A stretch of 39,514 nt of DNA. It comes from a virus (Duplodnaviria > Caudoviricetes). The notes under the pieces are model-generated. The model had not been told where the DNA came from and searched no databases. It was given only the letters and a program-made list of their open reading frames with translations. The stretch lies in IMG/VR virus record IMGVR_UViG_3300032331_000794, positions 1 through 39,514 of that record. One strand, written 5' to 3'. Both the position numbers and the translations under genes were made by a program. Below, piece after piece: positions 18,783-28,160 of this stretch (the stretch's first letter is position 1; the number at the start of each line of letters is the position of its first letter).

Positions 18783-20527
18783 TGCCTATTATTGGAACAA
18801 TTGCATCCGCAATTTCAGGACGCCTTGGTTTATCTGTTGACTACCTTGTTGTTGCAGGAGGCGGCGGCGGTGGTAGCGTTAAATCTTTTAGTACTGATGG
18901 TGGTGCTGGTGGTGGTGCTGGTGGTTTGCGTTCAACTGTTACAGCAACAGGTGGTGGTGGCTCTTTAGAAACTGCACTATCTCTTGCACTTAATACTTCT
19001 CACACAGTAACAGTTGGTGCTGGTGGTACTGGTGGAGCAGATGACGCTCGCGGAACTTCAGGCGCAAACTCTGTATTTTCTACCATTACATCAGTTGGCG
19101 GTGGTGGTGCTGGCGGTTATGCTAGTAGAAACGGATTTAGTGGCGGTTCTGGTGGTGGCGGTTCTTACGACTCTGCCGCAGGTAATGGTGGCGATAGAAC
19201 ATCAGGGCAAGGTTTTGCTGGCGGAAATGGTGATGGCACTGGTTCAGGTGGAGCGGGCGGTGGTGCTGGTGCGGCTGGACAAGCAGGACAAGTAGGTTCA
19301 AATGGTTCTGCTGGTGGTATTGGTGTAGCCGTTGCAATTAGTGGGTCATCCACTTATTATGCAGGTGGCGGTGGTGGTGGTTCTGATGCAACTACTGGAA
19401 GCGCTGGCGCAGGTGGCACAGGTGGCGGTGGAAATGGATTTGGTTCATCAACTACTAATGCACAAAACGGTACTTCTAACACAGGCGGTGGCGGTGGCGG
19501 TGGCGGTGCTCCTGATGCTTATTCCACAGGTGGTAACGGTGGCTCGGGAATTGTTATTGCTCGATACTCAGGCACTACACAAAAAGCATCAGGTGGAATA
19601 GTTACAACATCTGGTGGAAATACAATTCATACATTTAATTCTTCTGGAACTTTTTATACTAGTTGGGGAACAGCAAAAGCAACTGGTGGTGATATTTATA
19701 CAGATGGCACTTACTGGTACCACGCATTTAGGTCAGGAAGCACTTTCACTCCTACGCAATCACTAACTGTTGATGCTTTAATTGTTGGCGGTGGCGGTGG
19801 AGGCGGTGGTGCTAACGCTGGCGCTGGTGGCGGTGCTGGTGGTTTGGTTTACAAAACTGGAATCTCCGTAACTGCAACTGGATACACAGTAACAGTTGGC
19901 GCTGGTGGTACTGGACAGATACCACAAAATGCTGGTGGTTCTAATGGTGGAGATAGTTCCGCTCTTTCCTATACAGGCACAGGTGGAGGCTTCGGCGGTT
20001 ATTGGGGAACAACCTCAACTCGTAACGGTAACGCAGGTGGTTCTGGTGGCGGCGGTGGAGAATACGGTGGTCCAGGAACTGCTGGTTCATCAACTCAAAC
20101 TTCTTATTCGGGTGTAGGATTCGGTAACGCTGGTGGCGCACCATATGTATCAGGTGGAGATATTCGCACAGGCGGCGGTGGAGGTGCAGGTGCCGTTGGT
20201 GGTGCTGGAGTTAGCGGCGGTAATGCTGGTTCTGGTGGCGTAGGTAAATATTACGACGATTTTGGTGCAGCAACTAGCACTGGTCACTACATTAATTCTC
20301 ATTATTATTATGCTGGAGGTGGTGGTGGGTCCCAGTATTCAAGCCTTTTCCTAAATGGTGCAGGTGGATACGGTGGCGGTGGTGCTGGTGGTACTGGTGG
20401 TGTTAATAATGCTGTTGCTGGATTGACTAACACAGGCGGTGGTGGTGGTGGTTCTGGTGCTGCTGGACTTGATTCAGTACGAGTTAATGGCGGTTCAGGT
20501 ATTGTTATCATACGATATGCAATCTAA
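18782..20527 (+). CDS. Glycine-rich receptor-binding/fibre-tip protein with two tandem domains
   Basis: TAATG start at 18782 (MPIIG); two copies of VDxLxVxGGGGGG...YYAGGGGG...GGSGIVIxRY. Confidence 0.75.
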   Translation: MPIIGTIASAISGRLGLSVDYLVVAGGGGGGSVKSFSTDGGAGGGAGGLRSTVTATGGGGSLETALSLALNTSHTVTVGAGGTGGADDARGTSGANSVFSTITSVGGGGAGGYASRNGFSGGSGGGGSYDSAAGNGGDRTSGQGFAGGNGDGTGSGGAGGGAGAAGQAGQVGSNGSAGGIGVAVAISGSSTYYAGGGGGGSDATTGSAGAGGTGGGGNGFGSSTTNAQNGTSNTGGGGGGGGAPDAYSTGGNGGSGIVIARYSGTTQKASGGIVTTSGGNTIHTFNSSGTFYTSWGTAKATGGDIYTDGTYWYHAFRSGSTFTPTQSLTVDALIVGGGGGGGGANAGAGGGAGGLVYKTGISVTATGYTVTVGAGGTGQIPQNAGGSNGGDSSALSYTGTGGGFGGYWGTTSTRNGNAGGSGGGGGEYGGPGTAGSSTQTSYSGVGFGNAGGAPYVSGGDIRTGGGGGAGAVGGAGVSGGNAGSGGVGKYYDDFGAATSTGHYINSHYYYAGGGGGSQYSSLFLNGAGGYGGGGAGGTGGVNNAVAGLTNTGGGGGGSGAAGLDSVRVNGGSGIVIIRYAI

Positions 20528-20540
20528 CTAAGGGGATAAA

Positions 20541-20747
20541 ATGACAAAAGATAATGTAACAAAAATTAAAGAAAATAAATCAACTCAATGCTTCTCATAC
20601 GAAGTCAATATGCTAGTACATATTATTGCAGATGATGAAATAACTGCCAAGGCTCAACTAGATGAAAAGGGCGGCATCGTTACTAAACGTGATGTTAAGT
20701 TAGTAAACACAGTAACACTTTATGGCGAAGATAAGGATAAAAAATAA
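20541..20747 (+). CDS. Hypothetical protein
   Basis: AAGGGG RBS; coupled to next gene. Confidence 0.6.
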   Translation: MTKDNVTKIKENKSTQCFSYEVNMLVHIIADDEITAKAQLDEKGGIVTKRDVKLVNTVTLYGEDKDKK

Positions 20748-21082
20748 TGGGTCATTATGCAAAAGTAGAAGATGGCGTAGTAACACAGGTAGTCGTTGCT
20801 GACGGTCCAGATTGGTGTGAACAAAATCTTGGCGGTGAATGGATTCAGACATCGTATAATACACAAGGTGGAGTTCACTCAGGTGGCAAGTTTCCTATCC
20901 ACAAAAACTATGCAGGTATTGGATATACATTTGACGGTGTAGGTTTTGCTGCACCTAAACCATACGCCTCTTGGACATTAAACCAAGATACATATCTTTG
21001 GGAAGCACCAGTTGCTAAGCCTGATGGTGCGTTTGTATGGGATGAAGGTACAACTTCCTGGGTTGAAGCACCAGTAGCGTAA
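20747..21082 (+). CDS. Small tail-associated protein (fibre assembly-like)
   Basis: HYAKV...WIQTSYN...KNYAGIGYT...PKPYASW motif typical of genes following Gly-rich fibres. Confidence 0.6.
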   Translation: MGHYAKVEDGVVTQVVVADGPDWCEQNLGGEWIQTSYNTQGGVHSGGKFPIHKNYAGIGYTFDGVGFAAPKPYASWTLNQDTYLWEAPVAKPDGAFVWDEGTTSWVEAPVA

Positions 21083-21114
21083 TAATATTTTTAACTATTT
21101 GATGGAGGTGTGCC

Positions 21115-23301
21115 TTGGCGGGTAGAAATATAACTGAAGAGATTGCAGTACCAATTGGTATTGGCTCTACTGGTTCAGTCTGGCAAAACACAGACATTGC
21201 ATATGACGTTGCACTTGGCGGTATGCCATTCGTTTATGCAACTAATGATGCTCGTCCACACATCCGTCAAACAGCACCTTACAAAAAGGACCAGTTTGAT
21301 AATGGTAAAGAACCAGGTGAGCAATCACTTACTGGTTGGTGGTTGCGTTCTCAATCGTCATTCCACTCTGGTTCAGGCATTAAGTTCTACGACCCATCTG
21401 CTGGTGAAACTGTTGACTACAGATTTACAGATAGCAAGGGCGTAAACATTTGGACTAAGGGACAAGTAACCCTACTTAATGATACTGCTACTACGCACTA
21501 TACAAGTGGTCCAATACAGACTAGTGGTAAACCATTCCAGATTGCTCGTTCTATTAAGTATGGAACAACTAACGGTGTTTTATTGTGGGATGAGTACGAC
21601 GTAGATAAAATTGCAGAAGATGGAACTGTTACGCATTTTATTGATTATGCAGCAGGAACTGATTATCCAGTTTATGCTATCTGCGATGACGGCACCTATG
21701 CTTACTGGATTACTAATGTTCTAAATACTGGAACTCCAAGACTGCGTGTATATAAAAAACTATTAACTGGCGTCTCTGGCGCTGGTGACACACTTATGAT
21801 TAGCGAAAACGGAATTACTGTAACTAATGCAGTAATGGAGTATGTAAAAGACCGTATTGTTATGTGTATCAATAATAAGATATACGAAATATCATCTTCT
21901 GCATCTACCCTTCCTTCTCCTATATACACACATAGCGATACTGATATTGTATTCTCAAGCATTACCGCATCTGGCCCAGCCATCTACGTAGCAGGTTATA
22001 GCGGAACCCAATCAAGCATATTTAAGTTTACACTTAATACCTCTGGTGTTATGCCAACTCTTACCACTGCTATTACTGCAGCGGAAATGCCAGTTGGCGA
22101 AATTATTCACAGGATTTATTACTACCTAGGTTATATGATGATTGGTACTAACAAGGGCATTCGTGCTGCTGTGGTATCTGACCAAGATGGTTCTATTAAT
22201 TACGGTCCACTTATTGTGGAAACTACTCAGCCTTGCTACGACTTTGCTGCGCGAGACAGATTCGTCTGGTGTGCAACTGGCGTAGACGGAGCACCAGGAG
22301 TCATCCGTATTGACCTTGGTAATCAAATAGAAACATTGCGTTTTGCCTATGCTAATGACTTATACGTTAGTGGTACAACTGGATATAGCACAACAACTTG
22401 TGCATTTGCTGGAACAACAGACCGATTAGTATTTGCTACTATGGGACTTAATGCTGGCTCAGTAAGCAACAAAGCGCTCACATCTAACGTAGCGACTTTA
22501 ACTACATCTGCAGCACACGGCCTAGCCATTGATGACCAAGTGTGGGTAGAGGGTGTTGATTCCACATTTAATGGCAAATACACAGTTACTGGAGTTCCAA
22601 CCACTACAACATTTACCTATGCCAAGACTGCATCTAACGTGGCGTCTACCGCTGTGTCACCTGTTGGTAAAGTTAATAAGGTTGGTAGTATTAATATTGA
22701 AGCAGATACAACATTGGTATCTAGTGGTTATGTAACTACAGGATACATTCGCTATGGAACGCTTGAACCTAAAAACTTTAAGCGTCTTCTTGCACGTGGT
22801 AACTATACCTATGGCTCAATGACCCTAGAAACTGTTGACAAAAATGGTGTTGAATACGACCATATTACATACAGCGGAGAAATTGAACCAGTTGAAGTTA
22901 CAACTACTCAGCCAGAAGTTGCACAAGAATATGTAGCATATAAGTTTGTTATTTCTCGTGACGCAACTGATACAACCAAGGGTCCAATATTTAAGGGATA
23001 TCAAGCAAAGGCAACGATTGCTACCCCTAGACAACGCTTAATGCAGTTCTATGTATATAATATGGATACTGAATCAGACCGATATAACGTGCAATTTGGA
23101 TACGCTGGACGAGCGAATGACCGATTGAACACTCTAGAAGACATCGAAGAATCTGGCGATATTGTTACTTGGCAAGACCTTAATACAAAAGAATCACGTC
23201 AAGTGCAAATCGAAAGCATTCAATACATTCGAGTAACACCACCAGATAAAGAATCATCTGGCAACGGTGGAATTCTACAGATAACGGTTAGGACAGTATA
23301 A
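21115..23301 (+). CDS. Tail nozzle / tail tubular protein B-like
   Basis: 728 aa, beta-rich; GGAGG RBS with TTG start; last structural gene. Confidence 0.65.
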   Translation: MAGRNITEEIAVPIGIGSTGSVWQNTDIAYDVALGGMPFVYATNDARPHIRQTAPYKKDQFDNGKEPGEQSLTGWWLRSQSSFHSGSGIKFYDPSAGETVDYRFTDSKGVNIWTKGQVTLLNDTATTHYTSGPIQTSGKPFQIARSIKYGTTNGVLLWDEYDVDKIAEDGTVTHFIDYAAGTDYPVYAICDDGTYAYWITNVLNTGTPRLRVYKKLLTGVSGAGDTLMISENGITVTNAVMEYVKDRIVMCINNKIYEISSSASTLPSPIYTHSDTDIVFSSITASGPAIYVAGYSGTQSSIFKFTLNTSGVMPTLTTAITAAEMPVGEIIHRIYYYLGYMMIGTNKGIRAAVVSDQDGSINYGPLIVETTQPCYDFAARDRFVWCATGVDGAPGVIRIDLGNQIETLRFAYANDLYVSGTTGYSTTTCAFAGTTDRLVFATMGLNAGSVSNKALTSNVATLTTSAAHGLAIDDQVWVEGVDSTFNGKYTVTGVPTTTTFTYAKTASNVASTAVSPVGKVNKVGSINIEADTTLVSSGYVTTGYIRYGTLEPKNFKRLLARGNYTYGSMTLETVDKNGVEYDHITYSGEIEPVEVTTTQPEVAQEYVAYKFVISRDATDTTKGPIFKGYQAKATIATPRQRLMQFYVYNMDTESDRYNVQFGYAGRANDRLNTLEDIEESGDIVTWQDLNTKESRQVQIESIQYIRVTPPDKESSGNGGILQITVRTV

Positions 23302-23498
23302 TGACAACTTCCAATTGGGCTTCGCTTATCGTCGCCATAATTGCTATCATCACTGCGTTTGCAGGGTCGGTACGATGGCTTGTTAAGCACTACTTGTATG
23401 AGTTGAAACCCAATTCAGGCAGTTCGCTAAAAGACTCAGTAATCAGACTGGAAGAAAAAGTAGAAATCCTTTATCAGATTTTAATAAAAGAGAAATGA
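23301..23498 (+). CDS. Single-TM membrane protein with coiled coil (lysis cassette)
   Basis: N-terminal hydrophobic helix; PNSGSSLKDSVIRLE motif. Confidence 0.65.
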   Translation: MTTSNWASLIVAIIAIITAFAGSVRWLVKHYLYELKPNSGSSLKDSVIRLEEKVEILYQILIKEK

Positions 23499-23504
23499 GC
23501 AATA

Positions 23505-23957
23505 ATGAAACCTGTAGTCAAGAAAGCCACTCCTGCTGCAATTGCTGTTCTCCGTCAAGCGACGGCATTAAGACCAAATCGCAAGAAAGCCTCAGATGGG
23601 CTTCTGCCTTCTGCTGCTCACCTAAAACAGAGTCCTAACTCAGACCACAACACAGGGTTTGGGGTAGACCTGACTCACGACCCTAAGAACGACATTGATG
23701 GCCGTGCCTTCTTTGAGAAACTCAAAGACGATAAGCGCGTCAAGTATTTAATTTTTAGTGGCAAGATTTGGTCAGAAGAGCAAGGCGAACGAAACTATAC
23801 TGGCATTAATAAACACGAACATCATTTGCATATCTCAATTGAGGATAAGTCAGGGAACGATACTTCCCCTTGGTTCCCTTGGTTAGGTAAAGCAACCACA
23901 GTTAACAAAGTAAAAGCAGCGGTAAAACCCCTGCCTAAGAAGAAGGAGACAAAATGA
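23505..23957 (+). CDS. Endolysin, putative Zn peptidase (M15-like)
   Basis: SDHN...GVDL...HEHHLHIS metal-ligand pattern; flanked by membrane proteins. Confidence 0.7.
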   Translation: MKPVVKKATPAAIAVLRQATALRPNRKKASDGLLPSAAHLKQSPNSDHNTGFGVDLTHDPKNDIDGRAFFEKLKDDKRVKYLIFSGKIWSEEQGERNYTGINKHEHHLHISIEDKSGNDTSPWFPWLGKATTVNKVKAAVKPLPKKKETK

Positions 23958-24142
23958 ACAAAGATAAACTAAAGGCAATCGTAGCAACCTACCTACGTGC
24001 AGCAGTAGCATCAGTCATCGCACTCTATCTAGCAGGAGTTACAGACCCAAAGGCTCTACTATCTGCAGCAGTCGCTGCTGTGGCTGGTCCAGTCCTCAAG
24101 GCGCTTGACCCTAATGCAACAGAGTTTGGCAAGACTAACTAA
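23954..24142 (+). CDS. Holin
   Basis: 62 aa, two hydrophobic helices, follows the endolysin. Confidence 0.7.
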   Translation: MNKDKLKAIVATYLRAAVASVIALYLAGVTDPKALLSAAVAAVAGPVLKALDPNATEFGKTN

Positions 24143-24177
24143 TTACCCCCATATAGGGCCTTAACAGCCCCGTAGAG

Positions 24178-24232
24178 ACAAGAAACCCCCTTACCTTAGT
24201 GATTATACTAGGGCGAGGGGGTCTTTTGTTGT
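24178..24232. terminator. Probably bidirectional intrinsic terminator
   Basis: ACCCCCTTACCTTAGT/ACTAGGGCGAGGGGGT stem with a T-tract 3' and an A-rich tract 5'; lies between convergent genes. Confidence 0.8.
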
Positions 24233-24241
24233 TTCTAGAGG

Positions 24242-24406
24242 TTAATCTTCGTCATCAAACTCATAGTCTTCTAAGTCTTGCAGTAGAAGCGACATATTCC
24301 TATGATGTCGTCTGTGGCGCCACTCTTCGATTGCGCCTGTAATAATATTAACTGAGAATAGACCCACTGATGAGCCAAAGAACACAGCCCAGAATGTATT
24401 TGACAT
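24242..24406 (-). CDS. 54-aa membrane microprotein (absent from ORF track)
   Basis: AAGGAG RBS; MSNTFWAVFFGSSVGLFSVNIITGAIEEWRHRRHHRN...DYEFDDED. Confidence 0.7.
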   Translation of the reverse strand: MSNTFWAVFFGSSVGLFSVNIITGAIEEWRHRRHHRNMSLLLQDLEDYEFDDED

Positions 24407-24483
24407 AGTACTCCTTAGATATTATAATATATATAACATATCATATAAGGCCAAAGGCCTTTATATAATTACTTACATAATTA

Positions 24484-24511
24484 ATTATACTCATAAATCT
24501 TGTAATGTCAA
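24484..24511 (-). promoter_or_regulatory. Leftward sigmaA promoter
   Basis: TTGACA-16-TATAAT on the minus strand. Confidence 0.65.
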
Positions 24512-24525
24512 ATAGTTATAACAAA

Positions 24526-24555
24526 TTGACAGTAACCCAATTGTTGCGTTATACT
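24526..24555 (+). promoter_or_regulatory. Rightward sigmaA promoter giving a leaderless mRNA for the replication module
   Basis: TTGACA-18-TATACT; ATG 24562 lies 6 nt after the -10 with no RBS. Confidence 0.7.
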
Positions 24556-24561
24556 CCAATT

Positions 24562-24753
24562 ATGTCTATCGAACTAGAAGAATACACATTACCTGAGCAT
24601 ATGTCCTATTCGGCATTCTCAACTTACCTAACCTGTGGCTACCAATACTACCTCGGACGTCTCCTGAACAAGCAGGAATCTCCTTCGGTGTGGTCTGTTG
24701 GTGGCTCTGCATTCCACCTTGCGTGTGAAAACTACGATAAGGAAACACTATGA
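24562..24753 (+). CDS. Cas4/RecB-like exonuclease, N-terminal part
   Basis: HMSYSAFSTYLTCGYQYYL...GGSAFHLACE is the typical PDDEXK_1 N-terminus. Confidence 0.75.
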   Translation: MSIELEEYTLPEHMSYSAFSTYLTCGYQYYLGRLLNKQESPSVWSVGGSAFHLACENYDKETL

Positions 24754-25361
24754 GCGTAGAAACTTTATGGCAAACGGCTTGGGATGAGTGCAAGGGAGAC
24801 CTTGACCTAACCAATGCTCGTGTGGGTGGCCGTGCAACTAAGGCTAACCCTAACAAGGAAGACCAGACATTCTGGCAAACAGCAGGCCCACGATGGGTCG
24901 AAGGATATATCGCTTGGAGAGAAGCAAACCCTGACTGGAAGATTTGGCGAGCGCCAGATGGCAATCCAGGCATCGAACTTGCCCTGACCCCAGTAGTAGC
25001 GGATGTCCCAGTAAAAATGATTATTGACCGCGTGTTTGAGGTCAACGGACAGTTGGTTATCTGCGACCTTAAAACGTCACAGCAAACTCCGTCTAGTAGT
25101 CTCCAACTTGGCTTCTATAAACTCGGGCTAGAACAGACCTTCGGGGTAGAAGTTAAGTGGGGAAACTATTATATGGCACGTGGTAATTCCACGTCAGAGA
25201 TGGTAGACCTGTCAGAATACACTTATGACAAAATGGAATACCTGATAAAACAATTTGACACAGCACGTAAAACTGGTATATTCTTACCCAACACAAACAA
25301 CTGTCAGTATATGTGCGGGTTAACCGAATACTGTCAGTTCTCTACTAAAAAGGATAAATAA
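24750..25361 (+). CDS. Cas4/RecB-like PD-(D/E)xK exonuclease, catalytic part
   Basis: IE...IIDRV...DLKT, QLGFY and C-terminal CxxxC...C. Confidence 0.85.
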   Translation: MSVETLWQTAWDECKGDLDLTNARVGGRATKANPNKEDQTFWQTAGPRWVEGYIAWREANPDWKIWRAPDGNPGIELALTPVVADVPVKMIIDRVFEVNGQLVICDLKTSQQTPSSSLQLGFYKLGLEQTFGVEVKWGNYYMARGNSTSEMVDLSEYTYDKMEYLIKQFDTARKTGIFLPNTNNCQYMCGLTEYCQFSTKKDK

Positions 25362-25763
25362 ATGGCCGAAGACTGGAAGTTACAAGTCAACTATAAGTTG
25401 GCAACAGGCGACCTTATTAACATCCGTGCTAACAGCGCAGATGAACTAAGCGTCCTCCTTGAGGGCATTGGCGACTATGCTACTCAGATTCACGCAACTC
25501 AACGACTATTGTCTCAGGCGGCTACCTTAGCCCCCCTGTCGACTACCGATTCCACTACAAGCACAACGCCTCCGCCTTACTCAACTCCGCCCCAGGCGCA
25601 GACTCCATCAGGTATGGCAGCGGCGCCAGTTCAGGGTGGACCGACGTGCCAGCACGGCCCTCGGAAGTACAAGTCGGGAATCTCAAGCAAGACTGGAAAT
25701 CCATACGCGATGTGGGTCTGTCCGATGCCTCAGGGCGCGGACCAATGCAAGCCAGTCAACTAA
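25362..25763 (+). CDS. Putative DNA-binding protein with C-terminal Zn finger (possible SSB/recombination factor)
   Basis: CQHG...WVCP...QC motif after a Pro/Thr linker; located between nuclease and helicase. Confidence 0.5.
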   Translation: MAEDWKLQVNYKLATGDLINIRANSADELSVLLEGIGDYATQIHATQRLLSQAATLAPLSTTDSTTSTTPPPYSTPPQAQTPSGMAAAPVQGGPTCQHGPRKYKSGISSKTGNPYAMWVCPMPQGADQCKPVN

Positions 25764-25806
25764 CACAAGAACTATTTCCATTTTAACTAACTAGAAAGGG
25801 AGACCA

Positions 25807-26589
25807 ATGCGTACTCTAGTACGTTCAGTAGGACGAGCATCCATTGGTGGGGAACCCCTTCCTAGTTGTTTTAAGGCATTTGAAACAAACAAGATTATCA
25901 TTCGTCGTTCAGAAGTTTCTATGTTTGCGGGTGCTCCAGGGGCAGGAAAATCAACACTTGCCCTTGCACTCGCACTCAAGACCAATGTGCCAACATTGTA
26001 CATATCTGCGGATACCAATGCACACACAATGGCTATGCGTTTAGCATCTATGATTTCGGGGAAGAGTCAGTCAGATGTTGAACAGAAACTTAATACTGAT
26101 GTTGGTTGGACAAAGGCAGTCCTCCAAAAGGGAAGTCATATAGTCTGGTCGTTTGAATCATCGCCTACATTGGAAGATATCGTAGAAGAAGTACAAGCAT
26201 TTGAAGAACTTTGGGGATGCTCCCCATCAATGATTGTACTTGATAACTTGATGGACGTGGCCACAGATGGTGGCGAAGAGTTCGCATCTATGCGAGCGAT
26301 AATGAAGGAGTTGAAGTACCTTGCGAGAGCGACTAACGCAGCGATTGTGGTTTTACACCATACTTCGGAAGCAGTTCCTGGGAATCCTTGTCAACCAAGA
26401 AGCGCAATCCAAGGTAAGGTCTCTCAGTTACCTGCGCTTATATGTACGCTCGGCACGGTTGGCACATCGATGGGCGTTGCATCAGTCAAGAATCGCTATG
26501 GAAGAGCCGACCAAAACGGAACGCTTATGACGTGGCTAGCATTCAACCCTGAGTATATGTACATAGAAGATATTCCAGAGAACGCATGA
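25807..26589 (+). CDS. DnaB/RecA-family helicase
   Basis: Walker A GAPGAGKS, Walker B IVLDNL, LHH and KNRYG motifs. Confidence 0.9.
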   Translation: MRTLVRSVGRASIGGEPLPSCFKAFETNKIIIRRSEVSMFAGAPGAGKSTLALALALKTNVPTLYISADTNAHTMAMRLASMISGKSQSDVEQKLNTDVGWTKAVLQKGSHIVWSFESSPTLEDIVEEVQAFEELWGCSPSMIVLDNLMDVATDGGEEFASMRAIMKELKYLARATNAAIVVLHHTSEAVPGNPCQPRSAIQGKVSQLPALICTLGTVGTSMGVASVKNRYGRADQNGTLMTWLAFNPEYMYIEDIPENA

Positions 26590-26957
26590 CAACACGTAAA
26601 TCCCACAAGGCTAGAGGAGCATCATTTGAAACTGATATTAGAAATTGGTTTCGTAATCACGGCTACGATGCTGAGCGTCTTGCTCGTGCTGGTGCTAAAG
26701 ATGAAGGTGATGTTGTTGTTAAGACAGATTTTTTGGGGAGTATCGGCATCATCGAGTGTAAAGCGCCAGGCGCAAGTGGCAAGATTACTCTCCCAGGTTG
26801 GACAGCGGAAGCGCAAGTAGAAGCAGACCATTATGCAGAGGCTCGCAACATAGATAGAAGCGCAATTTTACCAGCAGTTATTATTAAAGCAAGGGGTAAG
26901 AGCATCGACGATGCCTACCTAGTACTAAGATTAGGGGATGTATTCGGTGATGACTGA
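26586..26957 (+). CDS. Holliday junction resolvase (Hjc-like)
   Basis: KARGASFE...GD...IECK motif. Confidence 0.8.
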   Translation: MTTRKSHKARGASFETDIRNWFRNHGYDAERLARAGAKDEGDVVVKTDFLGSIGIIECKAPGASGKITLPGWTAEAQVEADHYAEARNIDRSAILPAVIIKARGKSIDDAYLVLRLGDVFGDD

Positions 26958-27318
26958 TGACCTACCAGATATCGTAGCGGTGTTACGTCACTATGGCGCC
27001 AACCTTAACCGCACTACTGGTCAAGTCAATGTCAAGTGTCCGTTCCATAACGACTCACACGCAAGTGCAAGTTTCAATACAAGAGAAAACATTTTTAATT
27101 GCTTCGCGTGTGGTATGCAAGGCAATAGCATTCAAATAATTGCTAAACAAGAAAGGTGCGATATACGTGAAGCAAAGTCAATCGCAGAAGGAATTACTGG
27201 GCAGAGCAACGAGCAAGTACGCGGAGAATATACATCTGGCGGAAGACTACCTCGCAAGTCGGGGAATAACACGAGAGGTGGCTCGAGCATGTCGATTAGG
27301 CGTAGTCTCGGAGCCTGA
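26950..27318 (+). CDS. DNA primase zinc-binding (CHC2) subunit
   Basis: CPFHND...SAS...FNCFAC. Confidence 0.85.
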   Translation: MTDDLPDIVAVLRHYGANLNRTTGQVNVKCPFHNDSHASASFNTRENIFNCFACGMQGNSIQIIAKQERCDIREAKSIAEGITGQSNEQVRGEYTSGGRLPRKSGNNTRGGSSMSIRRSLGA

Positions 27319-27799
27319 TGTCGGACATGAAGCGTTCCAAGGTCGTCTTTCGATTCCTTACATTACTAAAACTGGTGTTGTTGACTTACGTTTTAGGTCG
27401 CTTAATCCAGCGGTGGAACCGAAGTACATGGGAATGACTGGCGCAGAAACCAAGATGTTTAACGTGTTAGATATAGAGCGAGCAGGCGATTGGATTGCGG
27501 TATGCGAAGGTGAACTTGATACAGTTACTCTTAGTAAGTGCGTTGGCATCCCTTGCATTGGAGTTCCTGGTGCAAACTCGTGGAAAAAACATTACACTAG
27601 ACTGCTGGCAGACTTTGAAAGAGTGTTCGTCTTTGCTGACGGAGACCAACCAGGAAAAGAATTCGCTACCAGTCTTGCCCGCGAACTGCCAGTTACAATC
27701 GTTACAATGCCCGACGGGGAAGATGTTAATTCTGTCTATGTCAAGTACGGAGCAGATGCGGTTAGAGAAAAGATGGGGTTAGGGTTAGATGATGAATGA
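27167..27799 (+). CDS. DNA primase TOPRIM subunit
   Basis: VCEGELD, DGDQPG and EDVN motifs; GAAAGG RBS before GTG 27167. Confidence 0.85.
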   Translation: MKQSQSQKELLGRATSKYAENIHLAEDYLASRGITREVARACRLGVVSEPDVGHEAFQGRLSIPYITKTGVVDLRFRSLNPAVEPKYMGMTGAETKMFNVLDIERAGDWIAVCEGELDTVTLSKCVGIPCIGVPGANSWKKHYTRLLADFERVFVFADGDQPGKEFATSLARELPVTIVTMPDGEDVNSVYVKYGADAVREKMGLGLDDE

Positions 27800-28154
27800 A
27801 ATACCTAACTGTCCTGAATGCGGACAGCCGTTTGATAATATCTTTGAAGCAACAGACCATTTGCTTGAAGATGATGAACCAGAGTTTAACCCAGAGTTGC
27901 TGCTACCCAATGGGTTCAGTCTAATGATTGGTTCTTTACTCCGCACAATTTATAAGAGTGCTCAAAACCCTGACAAGGTTGAGGACATAGTCCAAGATAC
28001 ATATGCAACACTATACGCTGCGCAACACGACCCTACTCATATGAAAGGCTTTATAGAAGACCTTATCATACGAGAACAGATGTATGATATCGATGAAGAA
28101 CTGGTCGAACTATTAGATAAGAAACCAAACAATGACAACGAAAGCGGAGCGTGA
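27789..28154 (+). CDS. Hypothetical protein with N-terminal CxxC...H zinc finger
   Basis: CPECGQPF...DHL. Confidence 0.65.
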   Translation: MMNEIPNCPECGQPFDNIFEATDHLLEDDEPEFNPELLLPNGFSLMIGSLLRTIYKSAQNPDKVEDIVQDTYATLYAAQHDPTHMKGFIEDLIIREQMYDIDEELVELLDKKPNNDNESGA

Positions 28155-28160
28155 AGAGAT

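Noticed and set aside
15814-20527. Diversity-generating retroelement acting on fibre genes
   Set aside because: No reverse transcriptase; the paralogous segments differ at all base types, not only adenines.
2012-20537. GGGGAC/GGGGAT motif before several genes (2019, 3008, 12952, 14202, 20541)
   Set aside because: Most simply Shine-Dalgarno variants; too short and variably spaced to support a separate element.
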